DNA of 64,000 nt, taken from positions 11,143 through 75,142 of IMG/VR virus record IMGVR_UViG_3300025018_000137. The stretch is one strand, 5' to 3'. This stretch comes from a virus. Lineage: Duplodnaviria; Caudoviricetes. The notes below the pieces were generated by a model, which made no database searches, was not told the DNA's origin, and saw only the letters and a program-made list of their open reading frames with translations. Below, piece after piece: positions 34,701 through 42,881 of the stretch. The position numbers were made by a program, and so were the translations under genes. Position 1 is the first letter of the stretch. Every line of letters starts with the position of its first letter.

Positions 34701-35879
34701 CGTTACCGCCACCGTAGTCTCCACGATCGCTTTTGCGACCGTTAGGAAATTCTCTGCAAGCGCCTCCACCCGAGCGATAGTCTCGGGGTCGGAAGCGAAT
34801 GCCTGTAGAGCAGACAGAGCGCTTCTGATCGCGGGCAGGAAAACGGTGCCGGCAGCGATGCCTAGATTTTCAAACTGCCTCGTCGTCAGGTCTACCTGAC
34901 GAGATACCGATCGCTGAAGGCGCTCGAATTCTTTAAGCGAGGACCGCCCGTCATCGAACGCAGCGTTTGCAGATGCCACCGTACGATTGAGGATTTGAAA
35001 GCCGTTGGCGGCATCTTCGACGAGGCGCTGACCGAACGCAAACTGCCGGCCACCGCCGAATAGCTCTTGGATTGCCTCGCCCTGAGCTACGGTATCCAGC
35101 TCGGCGATTGCAGCGGCAGCATCTTTGATCGCCCCGAGGCCGTCCGCGTTCAGTCGACGTACCCACTCTTCGGTGGTGGTGCCTACCGTATCCGCGAACT
35201 TCTTGGCCGCAGTCTGGGCGTTTGAAAACGTTTTCACCAACGCCGTACCGGCGACTTCCGGCGTCTGGCCAAGCTCAAGTGCCTGCGCCGCAAGCGCAGC
35301 AGCGTCGGCGAATTCAAGCAATCCGCCCGCCGAACCTACTCGGCGAACCACGTCGACGATCTGGTCAGCGGTGGCTACCGTAGTGTTCGACAGTTCATTG
35401 AAGGCGGAAGACACCTTCTCTGCCTGTTCAATGGGGATATTGAACAGGTTAGTGATCTTGGCGATCGAATTAGCGGCCTCGTCGACCGAGAGGTCCGCCA
35501 CCACCGAAAAGCGGGCAATGGTCTCGGTAAACGACTCAATTGCCTCTCTGCCCTGCCTGCCCAGACCGAGCTGTCCAGCGCGAGCCCCGATCAGGGCCAA
35601 GTCGGAAGCGGCAACACCGAGGTCAACCGACATAGCGCGGATGGAATTTGAGAGCTGGCCGATTGACTCATCCGAGAATTCAGTAGTCTTCTGAATCTCG
35701 AATAGAGCCCTCTCGAATTCCACCGCCTGCGTGACAGGGAAGGAAATGGTAGCGAAGGCCGCTCGTAGAGACGCGACCGCCCCGACCACCCGGATGATAG
35801 ACGACTCCACGCTTCGTATCGAGCTGGAAGCCGCGTCCCTCGCGGTCAGGCGAATCAGTGCGTCTAACGTAACGGCCAT
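31704..35879 (-). CDS. Tape measure protein
   Basis: 1391 aa, Ala-rich and helical; TP901-type core (FERALFEIQKTT); C-terminal GFASGGLVEGPGTPTSDSI. Confidence 0.92.
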   Translation of the reverse strand: MAVTLDALIRLTARDAASSSIRSVESSIIRVVGAVASLRAAFATISFPVTQAVEFERALFEIQKTTEFSDESIGQLSNSIRAMSVDLGVAASDLALIGARAGQLGLGRQGREAIESFTETIARFSVVADLSVDEAANSIAKITNLFNIPIEQAEKVSSAFNELSNTTVATADQIVDVVRRVGSAGGLLEFADAAALAAQALELGQTPEVAGTALVKTFSNAQTAAKKFADTVGTTTEEWVRRLNADGLGAIKDAAAAIAELDTVAQGEAIQELFGGGRQFAFGQRLVEDAANGFQILNRTVASANAAFDDGRSSLKEFERLQRSVSRQVDLTTRQFENLGIAAGTVFLPAIRSALSALQAFASDPETIARVEALAENFLTVAKAIVETTVAVTNFLPSLEIMLELFTALAGIKVVTAGFAALAGLLVGALRFGASIANAARILNGFVVVLLSLPQALPLVGGAFLALSRTFAIAMSAIRAALFGPVGLGVLAAGGLLAYLFPGVRDFLSAFVTGFNHTLEETSQTTKEMLAQIEGDLANFREAVSKGNVDGGLIKIDASAIGTGAGDFTSQLQTAVNNLIQLDSVIRGAAAEIVRLADVNDRLFDRIVERRTESARLLQKLAEVNSLIEEGRAKGFIKPINRQEEEILKRRIASVRAEIALMEQAATAIASSIDSTKTVGSTLSDGLRAQAEEIASVFTANDIQVISLKRNLNAVTAALEGELKAQTELQDSLLRDKNPETFGARTSDLAEGAIRIGELEARITELNSKLGTDFDRLSKRIRGGVLDDLIDIGRTSDRSFKQLTDALARTQVGANSGAEAISEISQALVDNLAVAARAGSNTAGFKRLSDAANSTAASIKGVFDNLATETRTTQTRLAALAEELDNITKTRTLDFQIDVATDKATEPLRRELALTEQRFQRQIDAIDKSTASGRRYAAGLEKTRDELVRIRNVQIEETAARAEADRLDRKRLQAFARTKELQQELLKVTKEVEEADIGTAAGQSAQQKRIERARVLNELLRDSQVAAEKATITQAEFNDRVSTFLGQNRLEDTKPIVDPAYIEELKSQIEQLGEATLSAQNKAITSLNEQTGPLVKAVETLNTFQQRVDQANARLLVLVERAGLSAAQFKLITDETQRVVDNLELSVATAEELQNLLDSVPGNVTPILPSESSVNESIKAVRDGLVDIGVRELIEQQIKEGVGAMGAAFDQQFRELDPPPVHLNTLLPDIQQSIIQQAKNGTFELPVELDFGSQTSRRRRPGGSGPGAGFASGGLVEGPGTPTSDSIMAMLSAKEFVMDAKTVRHFGPSFFYRLQQLAKRGRALQFPGFASGGFVGAVRAPSVSVDGAGSTGVRDVVDVNLNVGGGSFRMSGDREMVSGLTRALRNLSRGE

Positions 35880-36250
35880 TTTCTCAGTTCCTCGTCTTGG
35901 CTATCGAATCCCTCGAAAACCTTCGACAGACCTTTCTTGTCCTTTCCCATCAGTCCGGAGATGGCATTGGCCAAGTCCGCCACGAATTCACTGCGCTCCC
36001 TGATCCTCGCCCGCATCGCAGAGCGGTAGAAGTAGTCGAACTTCTGGTACGACCACTTTTGCAGGACTTCGTGTTCCGGGAAGCCTCTGGAGACCAGCTC
36101 CATCACCCCTGCGGTCACGTAGTCAGCGAAAGCCTCAGCATCCTTGACCTTTCGCTTTTTCTTCTTGGCCTCGTTAGCCCGCGCTATTGCGCGGCGGTGA
36201 GCACGGGCGGGGTCGGCTGAAACATCGTCGCCACCCTCTTCGTAAAAAAA
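35864..36250 (-). CDS. Tail assembly chaperone, -1 frameshift extension (gpGT-like)
   Basis: Frame opens at the slippery T TTT TTT (plus A7, 36244-36250) inside the upstream chaperone gene and ends overlapping the tape measure start. Confidence 0.7.
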   Translation of the reverse strand, partial: FFYEEGGDDVSADPARAHRRAIARANEAKKKKRKVKDAEAFADYVTAGVMELVSRGFPEHEVLQKWSYQKFDYFYRSAMRARIRERSEFVADLANAISGLMGKDKKGLSKVFEGFDSQDEELRKWPLR

Positions 36251-36639
36251 CGCTCGTTGACCTGCCATAGCAGACCCACCACGAGTATCAAGTCGTCCAG
36301 CTCCATCTGCTCAACCTCTTCGGTGGAGAGGTCGGTCATGGTGGAGATCAGCCCGATCGCGTGCGGGAAGTTCTTCTCCACCATGTCGAATACCGCGTCC
36401 GAGTCGGACATCAGTCCCTTGGCGAATGCTTCCAGCCCCATCTCCGACTTGTCGTCGAGGTTGATCGCCGAGAACGCCGCCCGCAGCAACACCAGTGCTT
36501 TCCCGAAGTCGACAGTCCGAATCTTGCGGATCATCGCAGCGTTCGAGATGCCCGCCAGCTTTACCGGGAAGTTCTCGCCCGAGGAAATCATGTCTGCGTA
36601 TTCTGCAAACGATTTCACTTCTTCCTGTTCGTCGCTCAT
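36184..36639 (-). CDS. Tail assembly chaperone (gpG-like)
   Basis: Between tail tube and tape measure; acidic helical protein with a slippery site near its 3' end. Confidence 0.75.
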   Translation of the reverse strand: MSDEQEEVKSFAEYADMISSGENFPVKLAGISNAAMIRKIRTVDFGKALVLLRAAFSAINLDDKSEMGLEAFAKGLMSDSDAVFDMVEKNFPHAIGLISTMTDLSTEEVEQMELDDLILVVGLLWQVNERFFTKRVATMFQPTPPVLTAAQ

Positions 36640-36656
36640 TTTCACCTTCCTAATGC

Positions 36657-36683
36657 AAAAGCGCTCCCCAGTTGGAGAGCGCT
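36657..36683 (-). terminator. Hairpin terminator after the major tail gene
   Basis: AGCGCTCTCC-AACT-GGGGAGCGCT followed by TTTG. Confidence 0.55.
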
Positions 36684-36711
36684 ACACCTAGACCCTTGGT
36701 AGCCCTACGGA

Positions 36712-37485
36712 TTACGCCGTCGAGCTGGTACGCCGTTCCACGAAGAATTCGCTGCCGGTGGCCGCGAGATTCAGAGCGTCCTTCAGGATCGTGCCCGTCA
36801 TCGAAATCTGGCTGACTTCATCGTTGATGAGCGGGACGCCCTGCGACGGATCGAACTGAGCGCGGAAGATGTCCACGATCAGCTTGTCCTGCGGACTGGT
36901 CACCGTGTTGATGCCTTGGAATCGCATGAACAGCTCGATGTTGGTCACCGTGAACATCGACTGCCGATAGTGCGACAGGAACGTGTAGTCGATGACCAGA
37001 TCGGCGTCGGCCGCGATCGAACCCGACGAAAGCGGCGTGATGGTGCCGTTCTCGTAATCCACCGTGTAGTCCGTGCCCAGCACGTACGTCGGAATGCCGC
37101 CGGTCAGGCTGACATCCGGGGGGACCGCACTGTTGAGGTTCACATTCGCCAGCGGGTAGATCAGATCGAGTGCGCCCAGCGTCAGCGCTTCATCCACCAC
37201 CGCAGCGCCAGTCACAACAGCCGTTTCGCCGAAGAAGGCCAGGGCCACGTTTTCCGGGCTGAGGCTTTCCAGCGTCATCGAGAAGGTTGCGTTCAGTTCC
37301 TGCGTCAGCGTAAGGTCGATGGCGCGCGAACCCGACTCGGATTCCTTGTGCTCGAACTTGGTCACGTCGACCGAGATTTCGAGGCTGGGAACGTTGCCGA
37401 TGTTCCGCAGGCCGAGAGGGCGACCGTTGGCATCGCGGGTGCCGACCAGCACACTGCCTTGGCCCGAGTAGTAATAGTTGCTCAT
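36712..37485 (-). CDS. Major tail tube protein
   Basis: YYSGQGSV...LRNIGNVPSLEIS, LFMRFQGINT, position after the terminator-like neck gene. Confidence 0.8.
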   Translation of the reverse strand: MSNYYYSGQGSVLVGTRDANGRPLGLRNIGNVPSLEISVDVTKFEHKESESGSRAIDLTLTQELNATFSMTLESLSPENVALAFFGETAVVTGAAVVDEALTLGALDLIYPLANVNLNSAVPPDVSLTGGIPTYVLGTDYTVDYENGTITPLSSGSIAADADLVIDYTFLSHYRQSMFTVTNIELFMRFQGINTVTSPQDKLIVDIFRAQFDPSQGVPLINDEVSQISMTGTILKDALNLAATGSEFFVERRTSSTA

Positions 37486-37499
37486 GTCTGTCTCCGTTG

Positions 37500-37976
37500 T
37501 TAGGCGTCAGTTCCGCGCTGAGGCTCGATCATCTTCCAAACCTGCGCGTAGTAAATTACACCGTTTCCGTATCCGTCGACGGGCGTATCGTTCACCCAAA
37601 CCCAAGGCCGCGTTCCGACCCCAACGTACCCGAGTATCTTTGCTCTCAGAGCGTCCAGTAAATCAGTGGCGATCACCTTGGTGTCCCCGACGCCGTATAT
37701 CCCATTGTAGTTCACCCCTACCACAATAGAGAAGACCCTTTCAACAAATACTACACCTTGGGCCGTCTGTCTACTCTGGCCAGCGGGAGATACGTCGTTG
37801 CCGGGTGCGGGCTGACTCCCTTCGTAGGTGACGACGAGCAACGGGAAAGTAGCCGATTCGCTGGACGACAACACTTCGTCGGCGTTGAAAGCGTAGAAGC
37901 CCGGGTCTTGGAATTCGCGCAATCCTTCGGCCAGAGTTTTCAATTCTTCTACGAGCTGATTCGTGGTGGCCATCAC
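37500..37976 (-). CDS. Tail terminator/completion protein (Mu gp37-like)
   Basis: Position before the tail tube; DLLDALRAKILGY motif. Confidence 0.55.
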   Translation of the reverse strand: MMATTNQLVEELKTLAEGLREFQDPGFYAFNADEVLSSSESATFPLLVVTYEGSQPAPGNDVSPAGQSRQTAQGVVFVERVFSIVVGVNYNGIYGVGDTKVIATDLLDALRAKILGYVGVGTRPWVWVNDTPVDGYGNGVIYYAQVWKMIEPQRGTDA

Positions 37977-38506
37977 TTATCCTTGATTCTTACAGGATTA
38001 CGCCCTCTGCGGGACTCGACCTTCTTGAACCGTTCTCTGATCTTCTGTTGCAGAATCTTCACGTCGGTAACGCCGAAGCCGAGGAACGGGCGGGCAGGGA
38101 TCGGGGCCTTGGCCAGTCCAGAGTATCCGCCGAACTGGTGGACCGCCGCCTTGGCTCCCTGTTTACCCCCCGTGACGCCGATCCGTACCACGTTGGCTAC
38201 GTTGGCTCTTATCCCCGTTTTAGCTCGCGCCCCGACGATCCGCACAGCGTCGCGCAATCGTCCACTATCCACGAGAATGTCGGACCTGTCAGGGTTATTA
38301 CGCTTAAATCGGGAGTTCTGGGATAGGGGCTTCCATCTCTTGCCGTCTGGGCCATACTTGGTATCGAAGCGACGCTTGATACGCTCCAACATCAGCTCTG
38401 CAAGCTCACGATCGTTGACGACATCGCGAACTTCCGCCCGGGCATCGGCTAGGAAGTTGGATAGCTTCTTGACGCCACGAAGATTGGCGTCGCCCTTGAA
38501 GGCCAT
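37973..38506 (-). CDS. Virion morphogenesis protein (Mu gpG / P2 gpS-like)
   Basis: RFDTKYGPDGKRWKPLS, LVDSGRL, AAVHQFGG, IPARPFLG signature. Confidence 0.85.
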   Translation of the reverse strand: MAFKGDANLRGVKKLSNFLADARAEVRDVVNDRELAELMLERIKRRFDTKYGPDGKRWKPLSQNSRFKRNNPDRSDILVDSGRLRDAVRIVGARAKTGIRANVANVVRIGVTGGKQGAKAAVHQFGGYSGLAKAPIPARPFLGFGVTDVKILQQKIRERFKKVESRRGRNPVRIKDK

Positions 38507-39165
38507 CAGGCGGTCACGACTTCCGTGAACTGCGGGTTGTTCCCCACCATCCGGCTCCGGATGTACTGGTTGACCTGCGTAACACGGATTCGGTGCATGG
38601 CGTCGGACACGGCGGTGATGTCGACTTTGCCGTTCGGTGCGGAGAACGCACGCATAGCGCCAATCGCCAGACTGATCGCCGCCTCCTTCAGCCCGTCCGG
38701 CACCCCGCCGTAATATTCGCCGCTCGCGACAAAGCCGTGCGTGTAGTGCACAGCCATCGAGCGTCGGAATTCTGCGAGGGCGGGGGCGAAGAATAGAACG
38801 GCTCGGCCAGTGATGAGTTCCACTGCATACTCTTCCTCTTCGGGGTCCAGTAGCAGGGAGTTGGCATCCGCTATGGCGGCTATGCGTTGGCCGTTGGTGG
38901 ACTGGTAAACCTCGAAAGTAGCATTCGGGTCTACGAAACTTCCAGTCAGGTTGAGGCGAACGAGTGGAGAAGTGCTCGAACCATCGTTGCTGTAGCAGCC
39001 CCCGAAGTAATCGATGCGTTCTGCGCGCTGGAACGAATACCCAAGCCGGGCTTCCAGTTCTGCAGTGGCTGAATGCAGTGCCGCTTCTGCGTGGGTCACG
39101 AAAGCTGCCGTGCCCTGCTGCATCCCATTCCTTGCTACGACTTCATCGGGGGTAGCCAGCAACAT
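38506..39165 (-). CDS. Head-tail connector/adaptor
   Basis: Position after capsid genes; YTHGF...VPDGLKEAAI motif. Confidence 0.65.
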   Translation of the reverse strand: MLLATPDEVVARNGMQQGTAAFVTHAEAALHSATAELEARLGYSFQRAERIDYFGGCYSNDGSSTSPLVRLNLTGSFVDPNATFEVYQSTNGQRIAAIADANSLLLDPEEEEYAVELITGRAVLFFAPALAEFRRSMAVHYTHGFVASGEYYGGVPDGLKEAAISLAIGAMRAFSAPNGKVDITAVSDAMHRIRVTQVNQYIRSRMVGNNPQFTEVVTA

Positions 39166-39167
39166 GA

Positions 39168-39680
39168 TTACTTCCTGCGTTGACGCCGTGCCGGCAGAGC
39201 CATGTCACGCGCTTGGCGGTTCTTCTCGACCTGCGCCCGCTCCGCAGTATCAGGATGCGCTTCACCTGCCGCCAGCGCTTCCTCGCGTGCCAGCTTCGCA
39301 AGCTGCGATTCGGTCATCGTATCCGGATCGGTGCTCTCGAACACGCGGCGGTAATCTTCCACCTCTTGGTCCGTAGCCACCCGGAAGTACGGGATCATCT
39401 CGCCCTTGCGGGAGTCCGGGTCCGGTTGCTGCTGCTGAAGCAGCCGCCGACCCATCAAGGGGGTAGTACGCACGGTTTCGCCGCGTTCGATAGCGCGGCC
39501 TTGCTCCAAGTGCGAGTTCACGAATCGACTGCACCCGGACAGAACCATGTAGACGAACTGCTTTTCGTCCTCCTGAACGATCGGGATTTCACCTACGTCG
39601 CGCAGCGGTACCGATTCCTTCGGATCGCTTCTGCGAGTTGCGGCTACGTCTGCCGCGCTTTTTCCTTTTGCACCTGCCAT
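39168..39680 (-). CDS. Hypothetical head-module protein
   Basis: 170-aa ORF downstream of the capsid terminator. Confidence 0.55.
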   Translation of the reverse strand: MAGAKGKSAADVAATRRSDPKESVPLRDVGEIPIVQEDEKQFVYMVLSGCSRFVNSHLEQGRAIERGETVRTTPLMGRRLLQQQQPDPDSRKGEMIPYFRVATDQEVEDYRRVFESTDPDTMTESQLAKLAREEALAAGEAHPDTAERAQVEKNRQARDMALPARRQRRK

Positions 39681-39706
39681 TTCGGTTTACCTTTCACCTT
39701 CACCAA

Positions 39707-39735
39707 GAAAAGCCGGGGGGCCTAAGCCCCCCAGC
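39707..39735 (-). terminator. Rho-independent terminator after the major capsid gene
   Basis: GCTGGGGGGC-TTAG-GCCCCCCGGC followed by TTTTCTT. Confidence 0.7.
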
Positions 39736-39750
39736 ATGCCGGCATCAACA

Positions 39751-40695
39751 TCAGTTGATGTTGATGATCTTCACCACCGCTTCTTCGTCTTCGTACTGCA
39801 CGTCGACGCGGGTCGACAACACGATTACGAATTCGCGCGAGCGGATCGAGCGCTCCGTCTCCACCATGATGTCGCGGTGGATGCCGAACATGATGTTCTG
39901 CGGGAACGTGAGCAGAGCGGTGTTCGGAGTCATGAACGGAGTGCGGTCGATTGCCACACCGTATGGTGTCAGCGATCCGGTCGTTTGCAGGGCCGAGTCG
40001 CCGAGGCCGGTCGCGCGGTTCGATACGTTGGAGCGGTAACGAATCTCGTCCTGCACGGTCATGAAGTGGCGAAGCGAACCCATGTTCCGGAGGTACCGTT
40101 GCGGCATCGCGAGATGCGCGTCACGGAACATATCCGGGTTCGGCCCGGCGTTCAGGTTGTCGACCACGTTGGTCGTCGCCTTCTTCACGAGACCGTCGAC
40201 CAGAGCGAGGTAAGCGTCGCCCGAGCCGGTGTCGCCGCGAATCGCCCACTCTTCGAGGTCTTGCGCCGCGCGCTCTGCCATCAGGCGCATGACGTGGCTC
40301 TCGAAGTTGCCGCGCTCGATGTTGTCCTCGACAACCTCGTACGGAATCCGCACTTCGGCCATCACTTCCTTGGACACCAGCTCGATCTGCCGGGTCACGG
40401 GGGCCGAGCGATCCGCCACGCGGAGGTTCCGCGCGTTGTCGCCGTCATCCTGCGCACCGCCGGCGATGCGAGCCGCCCGCAAGATTCGCTCGGCGAAGCC
40501 GATCTTGTGCACATGGTAGGTCGGCGAGTTCATCGGAATGACGCGCACTTGGGACAGCATGGTCGGCTGTTCCTGCACTTCGTCGATGAACGTCTGGGAC
40601 TGCTCGGGCTGCAGAAGACCCCCGTTCGTGGTGAGGGCGGCGATCGTGAGATCGGCCCGCTCCATCACCTCTTTCACTTTCTTGTCTGTGGTCAT
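39751..40695 (-). CDS. Major capsid protein (HK97 fold)
   Basis: GGLLQPEQSQTFIDEVQEQPTMLSQVRV, IELVSKEVMAEV, NIMFGIHRDI; followed by a terminator. Confidence 0.88.
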   Translation of the reverse strand: MTTDKKVKEVMERADLTIAALTTNGGLLQPEQSQTFIDEVQEQPTMLSQVRVIPMNSPTYHVHKIGFAERILRAARIAGGAQDDGDNARNLRVADRSAPVTRQIELVSKEVMAEVRIPYEVVEDNIERGNFESHVMRLMAERAAQDLEEWAIRGDTGSGDAYLALVDGLVKKATTNVVDNLNAGPNPDMFRDAHLAMPQRYLRNMGSLRHFMTVQDEIRYRSNVSNRATGLGDSALQTTGSLTPYGVAIDRTPFMTPNTALLTFPQNIMFGIHRDIMVETERSIRSREFVIVLSTRVDVQYEDEEAVVKIININ

Positions 40696-40732
40696 CTTTA
40701 TCTCCTGAAGAACCAGTGTCGTTGCTGTGGGG

Positions 40733-42223
40733 TTACCGGCGAGCCGGGTCGCGGGCCGAAATCACCCGGGCAGCGTCCCCACGGAAGATCGATCCGCGCA
40801 TCGGGTCGCGTTCCTGAATTTCGCGCTGGATGCGCTGCTCGTTCTCGTCATCGTGTTCACCTTCGTCATCATCCGCGCGCGACACCGTTTCTTCCGCGCT
40901 CTCCTTCAGTTTGCCGACGGTCTCGTCCAACTTCTCCAGACGGGCCGAGATACCGCGAAGCACTTCGGCCAGTGCGGGTTCATCAACCGCATCCAGATCG
41001 GGAGCCGGGGCCGGGTCAGCACGAAGAGCGGCAACCACCGCTGCGGCCGTCTGGTCTGCCGTGTCCTTGGCCAACTTCTCGGCCTCGGCACGGGTGATGT
41101 ACTGAGGCGCATCGTCATTCATCGCCGGCGTGTCGCCCACGGTACCTTTCGGTGCAGCGTCGGTCTTGCCTGTCATATCTTCGTTCCTCGTGTCATCATC
41201 GACAATTGTGGGGTTTTCCTGTTCGGTCTCCCCCTCCAGATCGCTGCGCACATCGGCGCTTTGATTGTTCAGGGCTCCATCGGGGGACGCGTTGCCGTCT
41301 GTGGCCCGGGGAAGTGCAGACATCATCGCCCGCAGGTACACCGAAAACTCTTGCAGAGCATTGTCTACCAGAGCTTGCCGGTCTGACAAGGGCAAATAGC
41401 TGTAGAAGAGAATGTTGTCCAGCACATCCCACAGAAAATTGACCGCCTCGCGTGCGTCCTGACTGAAGTAGTTGTCTGACAGGGCTTGGAAGAAGTCGAC
41501 ATGCCCCCATCCGTAGCGGCCGTACGCCTCCTCGACCACAGAGCGGTAGATCACGGCGGGAACGTCATTGCGCTTGGTCTGCGCGAACGTGCCTACCACG
41601 CCTTCCTGAACGCCGAAATCCTTGGTTTCCGCGTCGCAGTCATGGCGTACGTAGAGGAATTCCTTGCCGATGCTGAACAAGTCTTCTTCGTTGAAAACGA
41701 TTTCACAATCACGAAGGTAGTTCTCGCAATCTGCCCGGGTGGCGAACTTCTCCGCGCTGAACGTCAGCTTGACGAGACCGATGGACGGCACGTCGGGCGG
41801 CACGTCTTCTTGCATCTCGGACCGGGAAATCTGAGCGGTGATCCCGTCCGAAATCATGATCGTGGACGAATCGCCCAGTAGGGCTTCGTCCAGCGCGATC
41901 CGACGGAACATGACAGCCGAGTCGGAAACCACGATCTCGTACTCGTCTTCCTTCAGCCCGAAGCTGGTGAAGTGCGACTGCGCATCTTCTTCGCTGGTAC
42001 CTGCAGGCAGCGTGATCGTCAGGAGCGGAGTGTCATACGTCCGCGCCTTCTTCTTGCCGTCCGAGCTACGCACAATCGCAAAGGGGCTCCGATTGGCGGG
42101 ACGCTTCACGATTGAAAGATAGTCGGGGCGTTCCAGCTCCATGAGGGAAGCCGCGCGAACCTCAGTATCCACAGCGCGAGACACATCACGCCGAACAACC
42201 TTCTTACGCCGCTTTACTACCAT
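40733..42223 (-). CDS. Scaffold-like protein carrying a prohead-protease C-terminal motif
   Basis: N-terminal YLSIVKRPAN (like the SxVxxPAN motif of HK97-type proteases); acidic, helical C-terminus; GGAGAG RBS before the ATG at 42223. Confidence 0.6.
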   Translation of the reverse strand: MVVKRRKKVVRRDVSRAVDTEVRAASLMELERPDYLSIVKRPANRSPFAIVRSSDGKKKARTYDTPLLTITLPAGTSEEDAQSHFTSFGLKEDEYEIVVSDSAVMFRRIALDEALLGDSSTIMISDGITAQISRSEMQEDVPPDVPSIGLVKLTFSAEKFATRADCENYLRDCEIVFNEEDLFSIGKEFLYVRHDCDAETKDFGVQEGVVGTFAQTKRNDVPAVIYRSVVEEAYGRYGWGHVDFFQALSDNYFSQDAREAVNFLWDVLDNILFYSYLPLSDRQALVDNALQEFSVYLRAMMSALPRATDGNASPDGALNNQSADVRSDLEGETEQENPTIVDDDTRNEDMTGKTDAAPKGTVGDTPAMNDDAPQYITRAEAEKLAKDTADQTAAAVVAALRADPAPAPDLDAVDEPALAEVLRGISARLEKLDETVGKLKESAEETVSRADDDEGEHDDENEQRIQREIQERDPMRGSIFRGDAARVISARDPARR

Positions 42224-42809
42224 TACGCTCTCCGAGAAGGGGGAATCTATGTCGGTGACTACGCACGCCAGAGTTGCCCAACGCCGTGTACGTCGTACTG
42301 TCAATCTCGTGGCTATGGCCGTCTACGAGGTCAGTTCCTCCCGTCACGACCCGGCCTTCTTGGCTCAGAACCGCGAAATACTTGTGAGTGTGGCCGTCCA
42401 CGATATCCGGAAAGGTCTCGCCCGATACGTGCCGAACCTCTTCGGCCAACACTTCGATAGGGAGCACCGATACCAGAGCTTCGTAACTGAAGCCGTTCAA
42501 CTCGCCGGACAGGATGTCGGCCCATAGCGCGTCGTCGAGTACATGAATACCAACGACCCACGACCCTTCGGGGAAATTGGGGTCACCCGGCCTCGCCAAG
42601 AAGCTCTCGACGATCCGGACTTTCGGGCCGACATCCTCATTGTCGTGATCCACGTCGATCTTGAATCCATTGAGCATAAAGCCGTACGCAAACTGCCTGA
42701 CCGACTCCTTGGTGTGAAAGTCCCCGTACACGTTCAGAGTGTCGGGGATCAGTACGGCACCGAAGGCGAGCCTTTCGTACTCATTGGCAGCAGGACTGAA
42801 CTTCAGCAT
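42204..42809 (-). CDS. XkdF-like putative prohead serine protease
   Basis: AFGAVLIPD....GDF, IDVDH, PEGSWVVG, GELNGFSY; His-rich C-terminus. Confidence 0.8.
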   Translation of the reverse strand: MLKFSPAANEYERLAFGAVLIPDTLNVYGDFHTKESVRQFAYGFMLNGFKIDVDHDNEDVGPKVRIVESFLARPGDPNFPEGSWVVGIHVLDDALWADILSGELNGFSYEALVSVLPIEVLAEEVRHVSGETFPDIVDGHTHKYFAVLSQEGRVVTGGTDLVDGHSHEIDSTTYTALGNSGVRSHRHRFPLLGERNGSKAA

Positions 42810-42881
42810 CTGAAATCGATTTCACAACTACAACGTCGAGGTACCCACCATGCAGGCGGGATAATACGTGCAGAAATTCGA

